This document shows, piece after piece, positions 13,381-26,706 of a stretch of 64,000 bases of DNA. The notes under the pieces were generated by a model. It was not told the origin of the DNA, did no database searches, and was given only the letters and a program-made list of their open reading frames with translations. The stretch comes from Eledone cirrhosa (taxonomy: Eukaryota), in the NCBI GenBank assembly GCA_964016885.1, contig OZ024762.1, positions 6,634,001 through 6,698,000 of the forward strand, in the 5' to 3' direction. The translations under genes and the position numbers were made by a program. Each line of letters opens with the position of its first letter. Positions within the stretch are counted from its first letter, which is position 1.

Positions 13381-13777
13381 AAAGGCATAAGATAAAAAAA
13401 AAACAAATTCTCTAGGGGTTTATTAATTTTCTTTGTTCTTTTTTTAATGAAGAAATTAGGAGGAATGGCAAAAATGATGAATGGAAGTTAATTGACAAAT
13501 TCTTTTGAGAAATTCTTTGATATTAGACGTTATATGGTTACAAAATGCTGGACTTTTGGGGGTTGGGGGGAGGGAAAAAAGAACAAAAAAAAAACAAAAA
13601 ACAAAAACAAAACAGTAATGGCTGTGTGGTTAAAAGGTTTACTTTATACAAATGTATGGTCTGCAGTTGACATAACACATGGACACATACATGTATGTGT
13701 GTGTATCTATATACATATATATATATTTTACACATATCTCTCCCTCTCTGGAAGATAGACGTTAAACGATGATAATG

Positions 13778-13811
<34 letters not shown>

Positions 13812-13867
13812 GTGAGGTTTTTTTTTACAAAATGAAAAATAACCGAGGTGTCCTACACGAGTGGAAG

Positions 13868-13961
13868 TATAAAGAAAAAGGGATGAAATCGAAAATGCAA
13901 CTGAAGTCTTATTTTTTAAAAAAATAAGACTTCAGTTGCATTTTCGATTTCATCCCTTTTT

Positions 13962-13999
<38 letters not shown>

Positions 14000-14086
14000 A
14001 AAAAGGGATGAAATCGAAAATGCAACTGAAGTCTTATTTTAAAAAAAAATAAGACTTCAGTTGCATTTTCGATTTCATCCCTTTTT

Positions 14087-14093
<7 letters not shown>
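13868..14093. repeat. Two tandem ~98-bp near-perfect palindromes separated by (TA)n
   Basis: AAAGAAAAAGGGATGAAATCGAAAATGCAACTGAAGTCTTATTTT followed immediately by its reverse complement, twice. Confidence 0.95.
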
Positions 14094-14159
<66 letters not shown>

Positions 14160-14164
<5 letters not shown>

Positions 14165-14470
14165 AAGACCTCTTTGGTCAAGAATGACCATGGAATTTGC
14201 ACCTAGAAAGATCCCCTTTGAGGCTCAAATCCAGGCAAGGTTTGTGGAAGACCAGCAGTCACCCATGCATACCAGTCTCCCCTCTCTACACCACTGATGT
14301 TGTCCAAGGGAAAAGCGAAGGCCAATACAGCTTGGCACCAGTGACGTCGCAACTTATTCCTACAGCTGAGTAAACTGGAGCAATGTGAAATAAAGTGTTT
14401 TGCTCAAGAACACAACGCAAAGCCTGGATTGAGAACCAAACACACAACCTCACAACCACTAAGCCGTGTG
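14160..14470 (-). mobile_element. CORE-type SINE, third tail variant
   Basis: CAGCTGAGTAAACTGGAGCAATGTGAAATAAAGTG..GCTCAAG..ACCACTAAGCC. Confidence 0.7.
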
Positions 14471-14744
14471 ACTGAACATATATATTAATCTGGCTAATGT
14501 ATGTCTGTAAGTGATCCAATTGTATGTGAAGGTAGTTATCTACTACAGTCTATTGTATGCCTGTCTGTGAACTAATTGTATGTCTCTGAACATCAAGAAA
14601 TTTGGCATATCTCCAGCAATCATTGCAAAACATGTAAAACAGCCAAGATTTTTCTGGGCCAGAAAACAACAATAGAAGTGGAACACTTATTCTAATTTAG
14701 TTTTAGACTTCTTAGCACTCTTCATCATAATGTTTCTATCTCTC

Positions 14745-15925
14745 ATAACCATTGTGATAATGTCCCTACTTCATTATAACCATTGCAATAATGTCCCTAC
14801 TTCATTATAACCATTGCAATAATGTCCCTACTTCATTATAACCATTGCAATAATGTCCCTACTTCATTATAACCATTGCAATAATGTCCCTACTTCATTA
14901 TAACCATTGCAATAATGTCCCTACTTCATTATAACCATTGCAATAATGTCCCTACTTCATTATAACCATTGCAATAATGTCCCTACTTCATTATAACCAT
15001 TGCAATAATGTCCCTACTTCATTATAACCATTGCAATAATGTCCCTACTTCATTATAACCATTGCAATAATGTCCCTACTTCATTATAACCATTGCAATA
15101 ATGTCCCTACTTCATTATAACCATTGCAATAATGTCCCTACTTCATTATAACCATTGCAATAATGTCCCTACTTCATTATAACCATTGCAATAATGTCCC
15201 TACTTCATTATAACCATTGCAATAATGTCCCTACTTCATTATAACCATTGCAATAATGTCCCTACTTCATTATAACCATTGCAATAATGTCCCTACTTCA
15301 TTATAACCATTGCAATAATGTCCCTACTTCATTATAACCATTGCAATAATGTCCCTACTTCATTATAACCATTGCAATAATGTCCCTACTTCATTATAAC
15401 CATTGCAATAATGTCCCTACTTCATTATAACCATTGCAATAATGTCCCTACTTCATTATAACCATTGCAATAATGTCCCTACTTCATTATAACCATTGCA
15501 ATAATGTCCCTACTTCATTATAACCATTGCAATAATGTCCCTACTTCATTATAACCATTGCAATAATGTCCCTACTTCATTATAACCATTGCAATAATGT
15601 CCCTACTTCATTATAACCATTGCAATAATGTCCCTACTTCATTATAACCATTGCAATAATGTCCCTACTTCATTATAACCATTGCAATAATGTCCCTACT
15701 TCATTATAACCATTGCAATAATGTCCCTACTTCATTATAACCATTGCAATAATGTCCCTACTTCATTATAACCATTGCAATAATGTCCCTACTTCATTAT
15801 AACCATTGCAATAATGTCCCTACTTCATTATAACCATTGCAATAATGTCCCTACTTCATTATAACCATTGCAATAGTGTCCCTACTTCATTATAACCATT
15901 GCAATAATGTCCCATTTTCATTATT
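14745..15925. repeat. 31-bp tandem array, about 38 near-identical copies
   Basis: Unit AATGTCCCTACTTCATTATAACCATTGCAAT; no spacers. Confidence 0.95.
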
Positions 15926-16173
15926 AACTTTGCCTTTCATCCCTACCGGGTCGATAAAATAAAGTACCAGTAATGCACTGGGTAATTGCTGGCCTTGTGC
16001 CTAAAGTAGAAACAATTATAAGCATTGCAATAATTGTCCGATTACTTATAAGCATTGTGATTGGAAAGTGAACTTCTTACTGCAGCAATATGACTGATAT
16101 AGGAAATGCCTTATGTATATATGTATGTGTATGTTCATGTGTGTAAGTTTCAAAGAGTTACAGATGGATACAT

Positions 16174-16269
<96 letters not shown>

Positions 16270-16408
16270 CAAGTAAAGAAACGTTGGTTGATCAATTAAT
16301 CAACCAATTGTAGTGTAAACAGACGTAAGCACTCCACAATTTGGGTATCTTAAAGTATTACCTTTAAGGTATCAGAGAGTGTGTCAATATTATAAAGAAA
16401 AGTGACGG

Positions 16409-16462
<54 letters not shown>

Positions 16463-16689
16463 TTGCACCTCTCTAAGACAATGTCACTGGACCGAGATCT
16501 TTGGCGCAACGCAGTAATACAGAAGACCCGCCTTGCCTATGTACAAAATGAAACCTACAGTCAGTAGGCACCTCTTAACCAAATATACACCTCAATCCAC
16601 TACCACTACCCTATCCTCCCACTAACACCACCCTCTCTCTGTAAAGTTGGTACCACAACATCCAGTCCAAATAAATGAGATCGAGATCG

Positions 16690-16953
16690 AGATCGTGTAG
16701 GTGTCACAACAAAAAAACACACAGTCCACGTTGTAATGTGGCCGTGTAGGTAACACGGTAAAAACCTCCCAGTCCACACTGTAAATGTGGTTGGTGTTAG
16801 GAAGGGCATCCAGCCGTAGAAAACCTGCCAGATAGTCCTATATGAGCGAGACACGGTCACCCGACCAACCTTGCCTCAAGTGGGACAACTCCCGTCTAAC
16901 CCATACTAGCGTGGAAGATGGACATTAAACGAAGATGATGATGATGATGATGA
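16690..16953 (+). mobile_element. Composite SINE 3' half with (GAT)n tail
   Basis: GGTTGGTGTTAGGAAGGGCATCCAGC..CCCGTCTAACCCATACTAGCGTGGAAG. Similar 3' halves lie at 23165-23537, 37660-38222, 47040-47600 and 54872-55093. Confidence 0.8.
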
Positions 16954-18011
16954 TCCTCTGTTTATTATATAATCCTGTTATATGTATAACAAGATTATAT
17001 AATAAACAGAGGATATATATACATAATAATACCAAAAGACCAATGTTACCAATACCAAAAAACAAATTCTACCAATACCAAAAGACCAATGCTACTAATA
17101 CTAAAAGACCAATTCTACCAATACTAAAATACCAGTTCTACCGATATGAAAACACCAATGGTACCAATATTAAAATACCAATGCTACCAATATAAAAAGA
17201 CTAAGTGTTACCAATAGAGTTCTACTAATAATACAATTTTACTATTGCTAAAATGAAATAACCCCCCCCTCCCACCCCTTACCACCACCACCATGGGGCT
17301 AATATGAAATTACTATTACTAATAGACTGATACAACACCATTCCACTAATAATACTAATAAACAGCTATGATACTAATACAAATACTAAAAAACCAGCGC
17401 CATCAATATTAAAAGCTGAAATGGAAGAATATACTATCTGAAAAATGTTTTTAAATAAAAAGAAGTTCCATTCTACATAAGACACCATCTTGCTTTGGCT
17501 GCATGTAACAGAGAAGACCGAACAGATGTTATTTTGGTAAATATCTAGGTTGATAGAACTGAGTGATATGTATCTATATCTATATATACAGACACGCAGA
17601 GAGACATATATATATACATATATATACATATAAATATGTCTATATACATATACATATGTAAATATAATATATATATATATATATATATCATTATCATCGT
17701 TTAACGTCCATCTTCCACGCTAGCATGGAATTATATATATATATATATATATATATACATACACATATATAGATATATATATGTGTGTGCGTGCGTATAT
17801 ATAGATATATATATATGTGTGTGTGCGTATATATATAGATATATATGTGTGTGTGCGTATATATAGATATATATATGTGTGTGTGTGCGTATATATATAT
17901 ATATATGTGTGTGTGTGCGTATATATATATATATATATGTGTGTGTGTATATATAGATATATATATGTGTGTGTGCGTATATATAGATATATATATATGT
18001 GTGTGTGTGCG

Positions 18012-18044
<33 letters not shown>

Positions 18045-18614
18045 ATATATAGATATATATATGTGTGTGTGCGTATATATATATATATATGTGTGTGTAT
18101 ATATAGATATATATGTGTGCGTATATATAGATATATATGTGTGCGTATATATAGATATATATGTATGCGTATATATAGATATATATGTATGTGTGCATAT
18201 ATATATATATATATAAAGAAGAAAATCTATAAAATATATAAAAGGGAGGAAAAAGAAAAAATGGCTAAGCAATTCCTGGCAATTTTGCAGATGTGAAGAT
18301 TTATGCTGCAATGTCTTAGCAATAGTGGCAACTGGAGCAAGTAACCAGAGCCAATGATAAGAAGCCTCTACATGGTCGCTCCGAGTGCTAAAAATAGCAG
18401 CCAATTCTCCATCAAATCACACTTTAGCTATTAGCTTCACGTAATTATTTAGCAGAAATTATTTTTTTTTTTAAATGCATTTGTTAATTCAAATGTTTAT
18501 AGTATCTTTACTATTGGACAAACTGGGAAAATTTGCAGTAAATTAAACTAAAGACTAGTTTTTAATGTGATACAATCATAGTGCTGTTTTGTACTTTTCA
18601 AGGATGTCTTGTTA

Positions 18615-19680
18615 ATGTTATATCTCTACTATATCACATAGCCTCCAATGTTATATATGTTATATCACACAGTCCTCAATGTTATATCTACTATATCACA
18701 TAGTCTCCAATATTATATCTCTACTATATCACGCAGTCCCCAATGTTATATCTACTATAACACACAGTCCCCAATGTTATATCTATTATAACACACAGCC
18801 TCCAATGTTATATCTATTATATGACACAGTCCCCAATGTTATATCTATTATATCACACAGTCCCCAATATTATATCTATTATATGACACAGTCCCCAATG
18901 TTATATCTATTATATCACACAGTACCCAATATTATATCTATTATATGACACAGTACCCAATGTTATATCTATTATATGACACAGTCCCCAATGTTATATC
19001 TATTATATGACACAGTCCCCAATGTTATATCTATTATATGACACAGCCTCCAATGTTATATCTATTATATGACACAGTCCCCAATATTATATCTATTATA
19101 TGACACAGTCCCCAATGTTATATCTATTATATCACACAGTACCCAATATTATATCTATTATATGACACAGTCCCCAATGTTATATCTATTATATCACACA
19201 GTCCCCAATGTTATATCTATTATATGACACAGTCCCCAATGTTATATCTATTATATCACACAGTACCCAATATTATATCTATTATATGACACAGTCCCCA
19301 ATGTTATATCTATTATATCACACAGTACCCAATATTATATCTATTATATGACACAGTCCCCAATGTTATATCTATTATATCACACAGTACCCAATATTAT
19401 ATCTATTATATCACACAGTCCCCAATGTTATATCTATTATATGACACAGTCCCCAATGTTATATCTATTATATCACACAGTACCCAATATTATATCTATT
19501 ATATGACACAGTCCCCAATGTTATATCTATTATATCACACAGTACCCAATATTATATCTATTATATCACACAGTACCCAATATTATATCTATTATATCAC
19601 ACAGTCTGCAGTGTTGCGTCCACTACATGACACAGTCCCCAATATTATAAGTCTATATGACTACCATATCACATAGTATT
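18615..19680. repeat. 31-bp minisatellite
   Basis: Unit CACAGTCCCCAATGTTATATCTATTATATSA; period 31. Confidence 0.95.
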
Positions 19681-20110
19681 CAGTGTATATATTCAGTATA
19701 AAATGGAATGATAACACAAAGTCTTATACTATACTACATTGGTATCACACTCATAAAAACTCACACACATAAACATATATACATTGGAACATAACTGAAC
19801 AAAGGTTCTTACATAAAATTATGATGGAAGGTTTTTTAGATTAATACATAGTTTAAAACAAACAGTGCTGTATCCTAGAAGCAGATGGGGCTGCATGGAA
19901 TTTGGTAGCAGAAGTGGTCAGAATGCATGTTCATCTGTGGAATACATTCCTTAGAAAAAAGGTAAGCTTTGTTTAACCTACAAAAATTAATTCTCTCATT
20001 AATTATGTACTGTTTTATATGAGGGGCATGGGATTCTGTTTCACAGTTTCACACACCAAAACTCATTAGCATTGTACTTCAATAATGACTTTAACTGTTA
20101 AGCTGCTTAA

Positions 20111-20550
20111 CCCTTTAGCATTTACATTACTCTATATATACTATTATATTTTCATGGTGGTGGATTAGCAGTATCGGGAGAGGGTTGGACGCCAAGCTTT
20201 GCAGCAGGGAATTACGGCCCTTTCTGATCTGAGTTCAAATCCTGCCAAGGTTAACTTTGCCTTTCATCCTTACGGGGTCGATAAAATGAAGTACCAGTTA
20301 TGCACTAAGGTCGATTTAATCGACTTTCCCCTCTCCCCCCAGAAATTGCTGGCCTTGTGCCTATATAAGAAACCATTATATTTTCATGGTAAAGACTTTA
20401 GCTCACATAATATTGAATCTACGAGATTTTGATATTATTTATTTTGAGAACAATACCTTAACATAAGTATAAGCAGCCGCTCACAGCTGGTTTGAACAGA
20501 AAGAGGAAAGAGAATTCTGGCCGGGTATGGCCAGTTGAAATGCTAAAGGG
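20111..20550 (+). mobile_element. piggyBac-type MITE carrying a SINE insertion
   Basis: TTAA|CCCTTTAGCATTT ... AAATGCTAAAGGG|TTAA. The SINE at 20159-20374 is flanked by the 16-bp TSD ATTATATTTTCATGGT. Confidence 0.85.
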
Positions 20551-21029
20551 TTAAGTAAAAATTATGATGGAAAAATTTTAGATAAATACAAGCATTTTTA
20601 AATGAGCAGTTTTGTATCATACACCCATGGGCATTTTGTGGGGGGCTTGTTATCAAACGGGTGAAGGAGGAGGAGGAGAGTGAAGGGGGAGGGAGAGGGG
20701 GGAAAGAGGAGGAGGAGGGAGAGGGGGGAAAGAGGAGGAGAAGGGAGAGGGGAGAAGGAGGAGGAGGAGAAGAAAATGAATAATAATAAAAAGATTTTGA
20801 CAAAGAACAAGAACAAAACAAGGACTACAACAACAAGTAGACATGAGAAGAAGACATGCAACATAGTAAAATTATAGTTATGAAAGGATGTGGATATGAA
20901 AGATTGTTTGCTCAATCACCCAGAGTAGAATGTCTACATGTTTGGTAAATTGTTGGTGCCATGATCACCGTCATATCCTGACCCCGAGCAAGTTGACTTG
21001 GTACACATCAGAGAGATGGAGAGAGAGGA

Positions 21030-21725
<696 letters not shown>

Positions 21726-22490
21726 GAAAGTTATATAAGACATGTACCTCCAGAAAATAATATTCCATCTTCCATTTTCTAATGAGGACAAAACATCACC
21801 CCCACCACAACTCCTACCACCCCCACCACCACCACAACCACAACTCCTGCTACCACCACCACCCTTACCATCACCCCCTACCACCCAAACCATCACCACA
21901 CCACAACCGCAACAACTACCCCCCCCCCCCCCTCGCCAAACATCACCCCCAGCACCCCAAACATCACCCCCCATCACCACAACAACACCAACCAGAATTC
22001 TCCAGACATGTGTCTGTGAAATGAACCACAGTGCCACAAAACATGGCACCTCTCTTTAGAGAATATAGAATATTTCCTGTCAACTTTCTTAGAGAAATTG
22101 TCTGTCCTGTCTACATGTGTATGTGTGTGTGTATGTACACACATACATACAAACATATAAACGCACACACATCCACATGCATACACATACATACACATAC
22201 ACAAAAACACTACAATAAATTAGAAAATGTTTGTGTATGTGTATGCATGAGGATGTGTGTGTATATGTTTGTATGTATGTGTGTATATATATATATGTGT
22301 GTATGTATATATAAATATATATACATCATCATCATTGTTGTTTAATATTTTCCACACTAGCATGGGTCAGACAGGTTGTCCTATATCAGGCAAGTAAGGT
22401 GCGGGAACATGTCATGCACATACAGAACTGTTTCTCGCTTGGTTTTCTACGGATGGAATCCTTTCCTAGCACCAACACACACATATATTT

Positions 22491-22589
<99 letters not shown>

Positions 22590-22663
22590 TATATATATAT
22601 ATACACACACACATACACAAACATATATACATACACACACACATACATATATATTTACACACT

Positions 22664-22695
<32 letters not shown>

Positions 22696-23965
22696 CACAC
22701 ACACATACACACACACATACATACACACACACATATACATACACACACACACATACATATATATACACACACACACATAGATATATACACACACACATAT
22801 ACATACATATACATATATATACATATATACATACATATACACACATATACATATATATGTATACATATACACGCATACCATCACCCAACCACAACCACAA
22901 CAACTACCCCCCACCACTATCATCACCCCCACCATTAAATGATGAAGATGATGATGATGATGCAGGATATAGGTAAGGCTTCTGCAGGTTCCGTTTACCA
23001 AATTTCATTGATAAATGGCACCTGCATTGGTAAGAGACATTGGTCAGCCAGAGGTTATAGTAGAAGACAATTGCACACATATATATATATATGTGTGTGT
23101 GTGTGTATACAGAGTACCCGACCTCCCATGGGTACAAGCTGAAGCATATAGACAATATGCCCCCACACCCTCCCACTGCAAGGTGGTCGTGGAGGTGCCA
23201 CGGCAAAAAAGCACCCAGCCCACACTGTAAAGTGGACGTGTAGGCGCCAGGAAAAAAAGCACCCAGCCCACACTGTAAAGTGGACGTGTAGGCGCCAGGA
23301 AAAAAAGCACCCAGCCCACACTGTAAAGTGGACGTGTAGGCGCCAGGAAAAAAAGCACCCAGCACTCACTGTAAATGAGGTTGGTGTTAGGAAGGGCATC
23401 CAGCTGTAGAAATCAAGCCAAATCAGTTCCTGTATGAGCAAGGCATGGTCAGCCGACCAGACACTGCCCACAACAGGACAACCCGTCTAACCCATGCTAG
23501 CGTGGAAGAACGGACATAAAACGGTGCTGATGATGATATATATATATATATATATATATAGTAATAATAATATATTTGAAGACTAAAATCCAAAGAGGGC
23601 TCGATAAGGATAAATATATATCAAATATATAAGAACCGTAGAGCAAATATTTATTAAAATAACAGATTAATGTTTAAGCAAAGAATCGCTGCTTTCACCC
23701 ATAACAGGATCTTCTGAAACTAACAAAGTCAATCTGTGAACGCAGAAGTGAATATTTCAGAAGATCCCGTTAAGGGTGAAAACAGCGATTCTTTGCTTAA
23801 ACTTTAATCTGTTATTTTAATTAATATATATATATGTAGAAGTTCTATTTAAATTGTTGGAATACAACAAGCAAATATTTTTATAACTGATATAAAGCAC
23901 TCAACAAATTATTTGGGAGCTTCCAACAGAAATGGTCGCATTCTTTAAGGGTATGTCAATATTTA

Positions 23966-24068
23966 TTTATAAAACTGATCTATATTATATTTTATCTGAT
24001 GAAAGCGCACCAAAATTTGACTTGGTGTCCTTGAAATATGTATAATGAAATAAATATGGTTTTATAAA
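23966..24068 (+). ncRNA. Type I hammerhead ribozyme, family A copy 2
   Basis: TATTTTAT-CTGATGA(23996-24002)-AAGCGCACCAA..TTGGTGTCCTT-GAAATATGTATA-ATGAAATA; homologous to the copy at 11785. Confidence 0.8.
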
Positions 24069-24248
24069 TATAGTTTCCATTTGTTAATATATCGTATATA
24101 TATATAATCGGCTAAATTCCAGCTCACTCAACAAACATTAGGAAATACCTGAGTATATTCCTAATTAAACGTTCGGGGTGCTAACTAATTGTATTGTGTG
24201 GAAAATTGGCTGTATTATTTCATATGAGATATATCAAATATATCATTT

Positions 24249-24371
24249 CCCAGACGACTCGTTTCATTATAAGATTTCTACAAGTTGGGTGAAAATATAC
24301 CAATTTATGTAGAAGCTTGTATAAGATCAACAGATACTTATTCAAGTGGGCTCTTATAATTCTTCAGTGGG
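24249..24371 (-). ncRNA. Type I hammerhead ribozyme, family C, with long stem II insert
   Basis: Minus strand reads CCCA-CTGAAGA-ATTATAAG..(about 80 nt)..CTTATAAT-GAAACG agt CGTC-TGGG. All three stems pair and the cleavage triplet is GUC. Confidence 0.85.
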
Positions 24372-24804
24372 TGCCCAATAATATTAATATTGATAACCAA
24401 ATCAACATCAATATTTAGCGATAATCACCATCAGTGCTTGAGGGAGCTGCTAGGTTGCTAGCCCAGCAGTTCTAAAGAAAATCTCACACAGTCTCGAAAA
24501 TAGGAGGAAGGAGATTACCGCCAAAAACAATACATGCGCAGGTAGTTGAACTCTGAAAAGAATTCAAGTCACGTGTATATATATATATATATATATACAC
24601 ACAACCAGAAAATGCACACAGAAAAACAATTAGATAAGACAAATAACTGCACCTGTAACTTGTTAGCTACCTGCTGGCATGCAATTTTGTGCATAATATA
24701 GGTGCAGAAAGGGTTGTGTGATTAAAGGAGTTTTTTTGACAACGAGATAATTCTTAGTACAGTTCTATCACATGATACCTTGTGCAATTGTCTTCTACTA
24801 TAGC

Positions 24805-24978
24805 ATCTGGCACCAGCTCTACCATTTTACAGAGTGTACTAGGTGTATTTAATCCTGGCACCAGCTCTACCACTTTACAGAGTGTACTGGGTGTATTTTA
24901 TCCTGGCACCAGCTCTACCGCTTTACAGAATGTACTAAGTGCATTTTATCCTGGCACCAGCTCTACCACTTTACAGAG
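24805..24978. repeat. 48-bp minisatellite, about 3.5 copies
   Basis: Unit CCTGGCACCAGCTCTACCACTTTACAGAGTGTACTGGGTGTATTTTAT. Confidence 0.8.
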
Positions 24979-25024
24979 GATATTGTATGTATGTGTGTTA
25001 TGTGTGTGTATATGTATATGCCTA

Positions 25025-25084
<60 letters not shown>

Positions 25085-25580
25085 TATATCTGTGTGTGCG
25101 TATATATAAACATATACACATACATACACATATACTGCTTTAATATCCGTTATCTCTTTAAAATGATAAAAGAAAGAAATAAAAGAAAAAAATTGGAAGA
25201 AAAGAAAAAAATTGGAAGAAAAGAAAAAAATTTGGAAGAAAATAAAAAAAATGAACAAAATAAGACTAATCAACAAATAAATAAATAAATAAACAAACAA
25301 ACAATGATTCCTGTTAAAAGGTTTTTGGTTTGGAAGCAAGATGGCGGTGGAAAGTGTTCAGCTAGTTTTATGAAATCTCTTCCATGTTGGCACAAAAAGT
25401 TACTTTTATTTCTCCCCACCCCTTAAAATAAAATCAATGATAGTAATAATAAGGGTTTTGAATTTAGGCACAAAGCTAGCAATTTGTGGAGAAAGGGAAA
25501 GTCAATTATATCGAAAAAAAAAACCAAATCACCCCCAGTACTTTACTGGTACTATATCTTGTCAAACCTGAAAGGATTAA

Positions 25581-25792
25581 CCCTTTAGCATTCACATTAC
25601 TCTATATATTTACTATGATATTTTCATTGTAAAGGCTTTACTTCACATAATTATCTCACATAATATCGAATCTATGACATTTTGAAAGTATTTATTTTGA
25701 GAACAATACCTTAACATAAGTTTGAGCGGCCAGTTACAGCCAGTTTCAACAAAAAAAGGTAGAGAATTCTGGCCGGTTTGAACATTAAAGAG
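25581..25792 (+). mobile_element. piggyBac-type MITE inserted into a Meta-like SINE
   Basis: TTAA on both sides; the flanks rejoin as minus-strand SINE sequence (GAAAGGA..CAAAGTTGACCTC). Confidence 0.8.
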
Positions 25793-26444
25793 TTAAATAC
25801 AAAGTTGACCTCAGCAGAAAGCCAGAACTATTACTGTAAAGCATTCTCTGTAAAGTTCTAATGATACTGCCAATTCCTTGTCACATAGTTCACAATACAT
25901 ATATATATGTCTGTGTGTGTGTATGTATATGTATATATGTGTGTGTGTGTGCGTGTGCATGTATATGTATATATATATATATATGTGTGTGTGTATACAT
26001 ATATGTATGTGTTTTGTATAAATCTACAGATACTTGTGCAGTTGTATGTATTTAATACAATCCTATAGTTACTTCTTGTGTTTATATATAATTGTTTCTA
26101 CTTTAGGCACAAGGCCAGCAATTACCCAGTGCATTACTGGTACTTTATTTTATCGACCCCGTAAGGATGAAAGGCAAAGTCAAATGACTACACGTAGTAA
26201 TTTTCTGATATATTTTTTTCATTAAGACTGAGTGGGTGGGTTATTTTTCACTTGATTAATGATAGAAAAAAAACGTACTATACACTTTAGTTTTGTGTCT
26301 TTCAGCAGTATTAATATAAAATCTAAAATGAGTGGGAAGATTGCTTCTCTATATTAACTTCCAGCATGAGCAATTATTGAACTGTAAAATCACAACCTTT
26401 AGCATTGATTTATTTCTACACATCCACCCTCCCCCTCCAACGTC

Positions 26445-26682
26445 TGCTTTGTTGCGTGGGTTTGATAAGTCTTTTCCAACACAGCTTCCCTTCAACAACT
26501 CTATTCCTTTCATTTGCCATCTCCTCTGTCAGGTTCAGCTCTCACTGTCCAAGTCTTTCTTGGTTTCCCTCTACGGCTGCTTCCTTCCACTGAGAATTTG
26601 TGACTCTTCTTTAACCAACAATCATCCTTCCATATTTATCACATGCCCATAACAACACAATCTTCTCACTTGAACACTGCTT
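26445..26682 (-). mobile_element. Decayed RTE LINE 3' end
   Basis: Minus strand encodes VQVRRLCCYGHVINME; homologous to 62600-62800. Confidence 0.6.
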
Positions 26683-26706
26683 TTGATTCCGCTTATATAT
26701 ATATAT

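Noticed and set aside
14745-15925. CRISPR-like 31-bp repeat (also 9436-10270, 18615-19680, 53366-53905)
   Set aside because: Units are head-to-tail with no unique spacers, there are no cas genes, and the context is eukaryotic.
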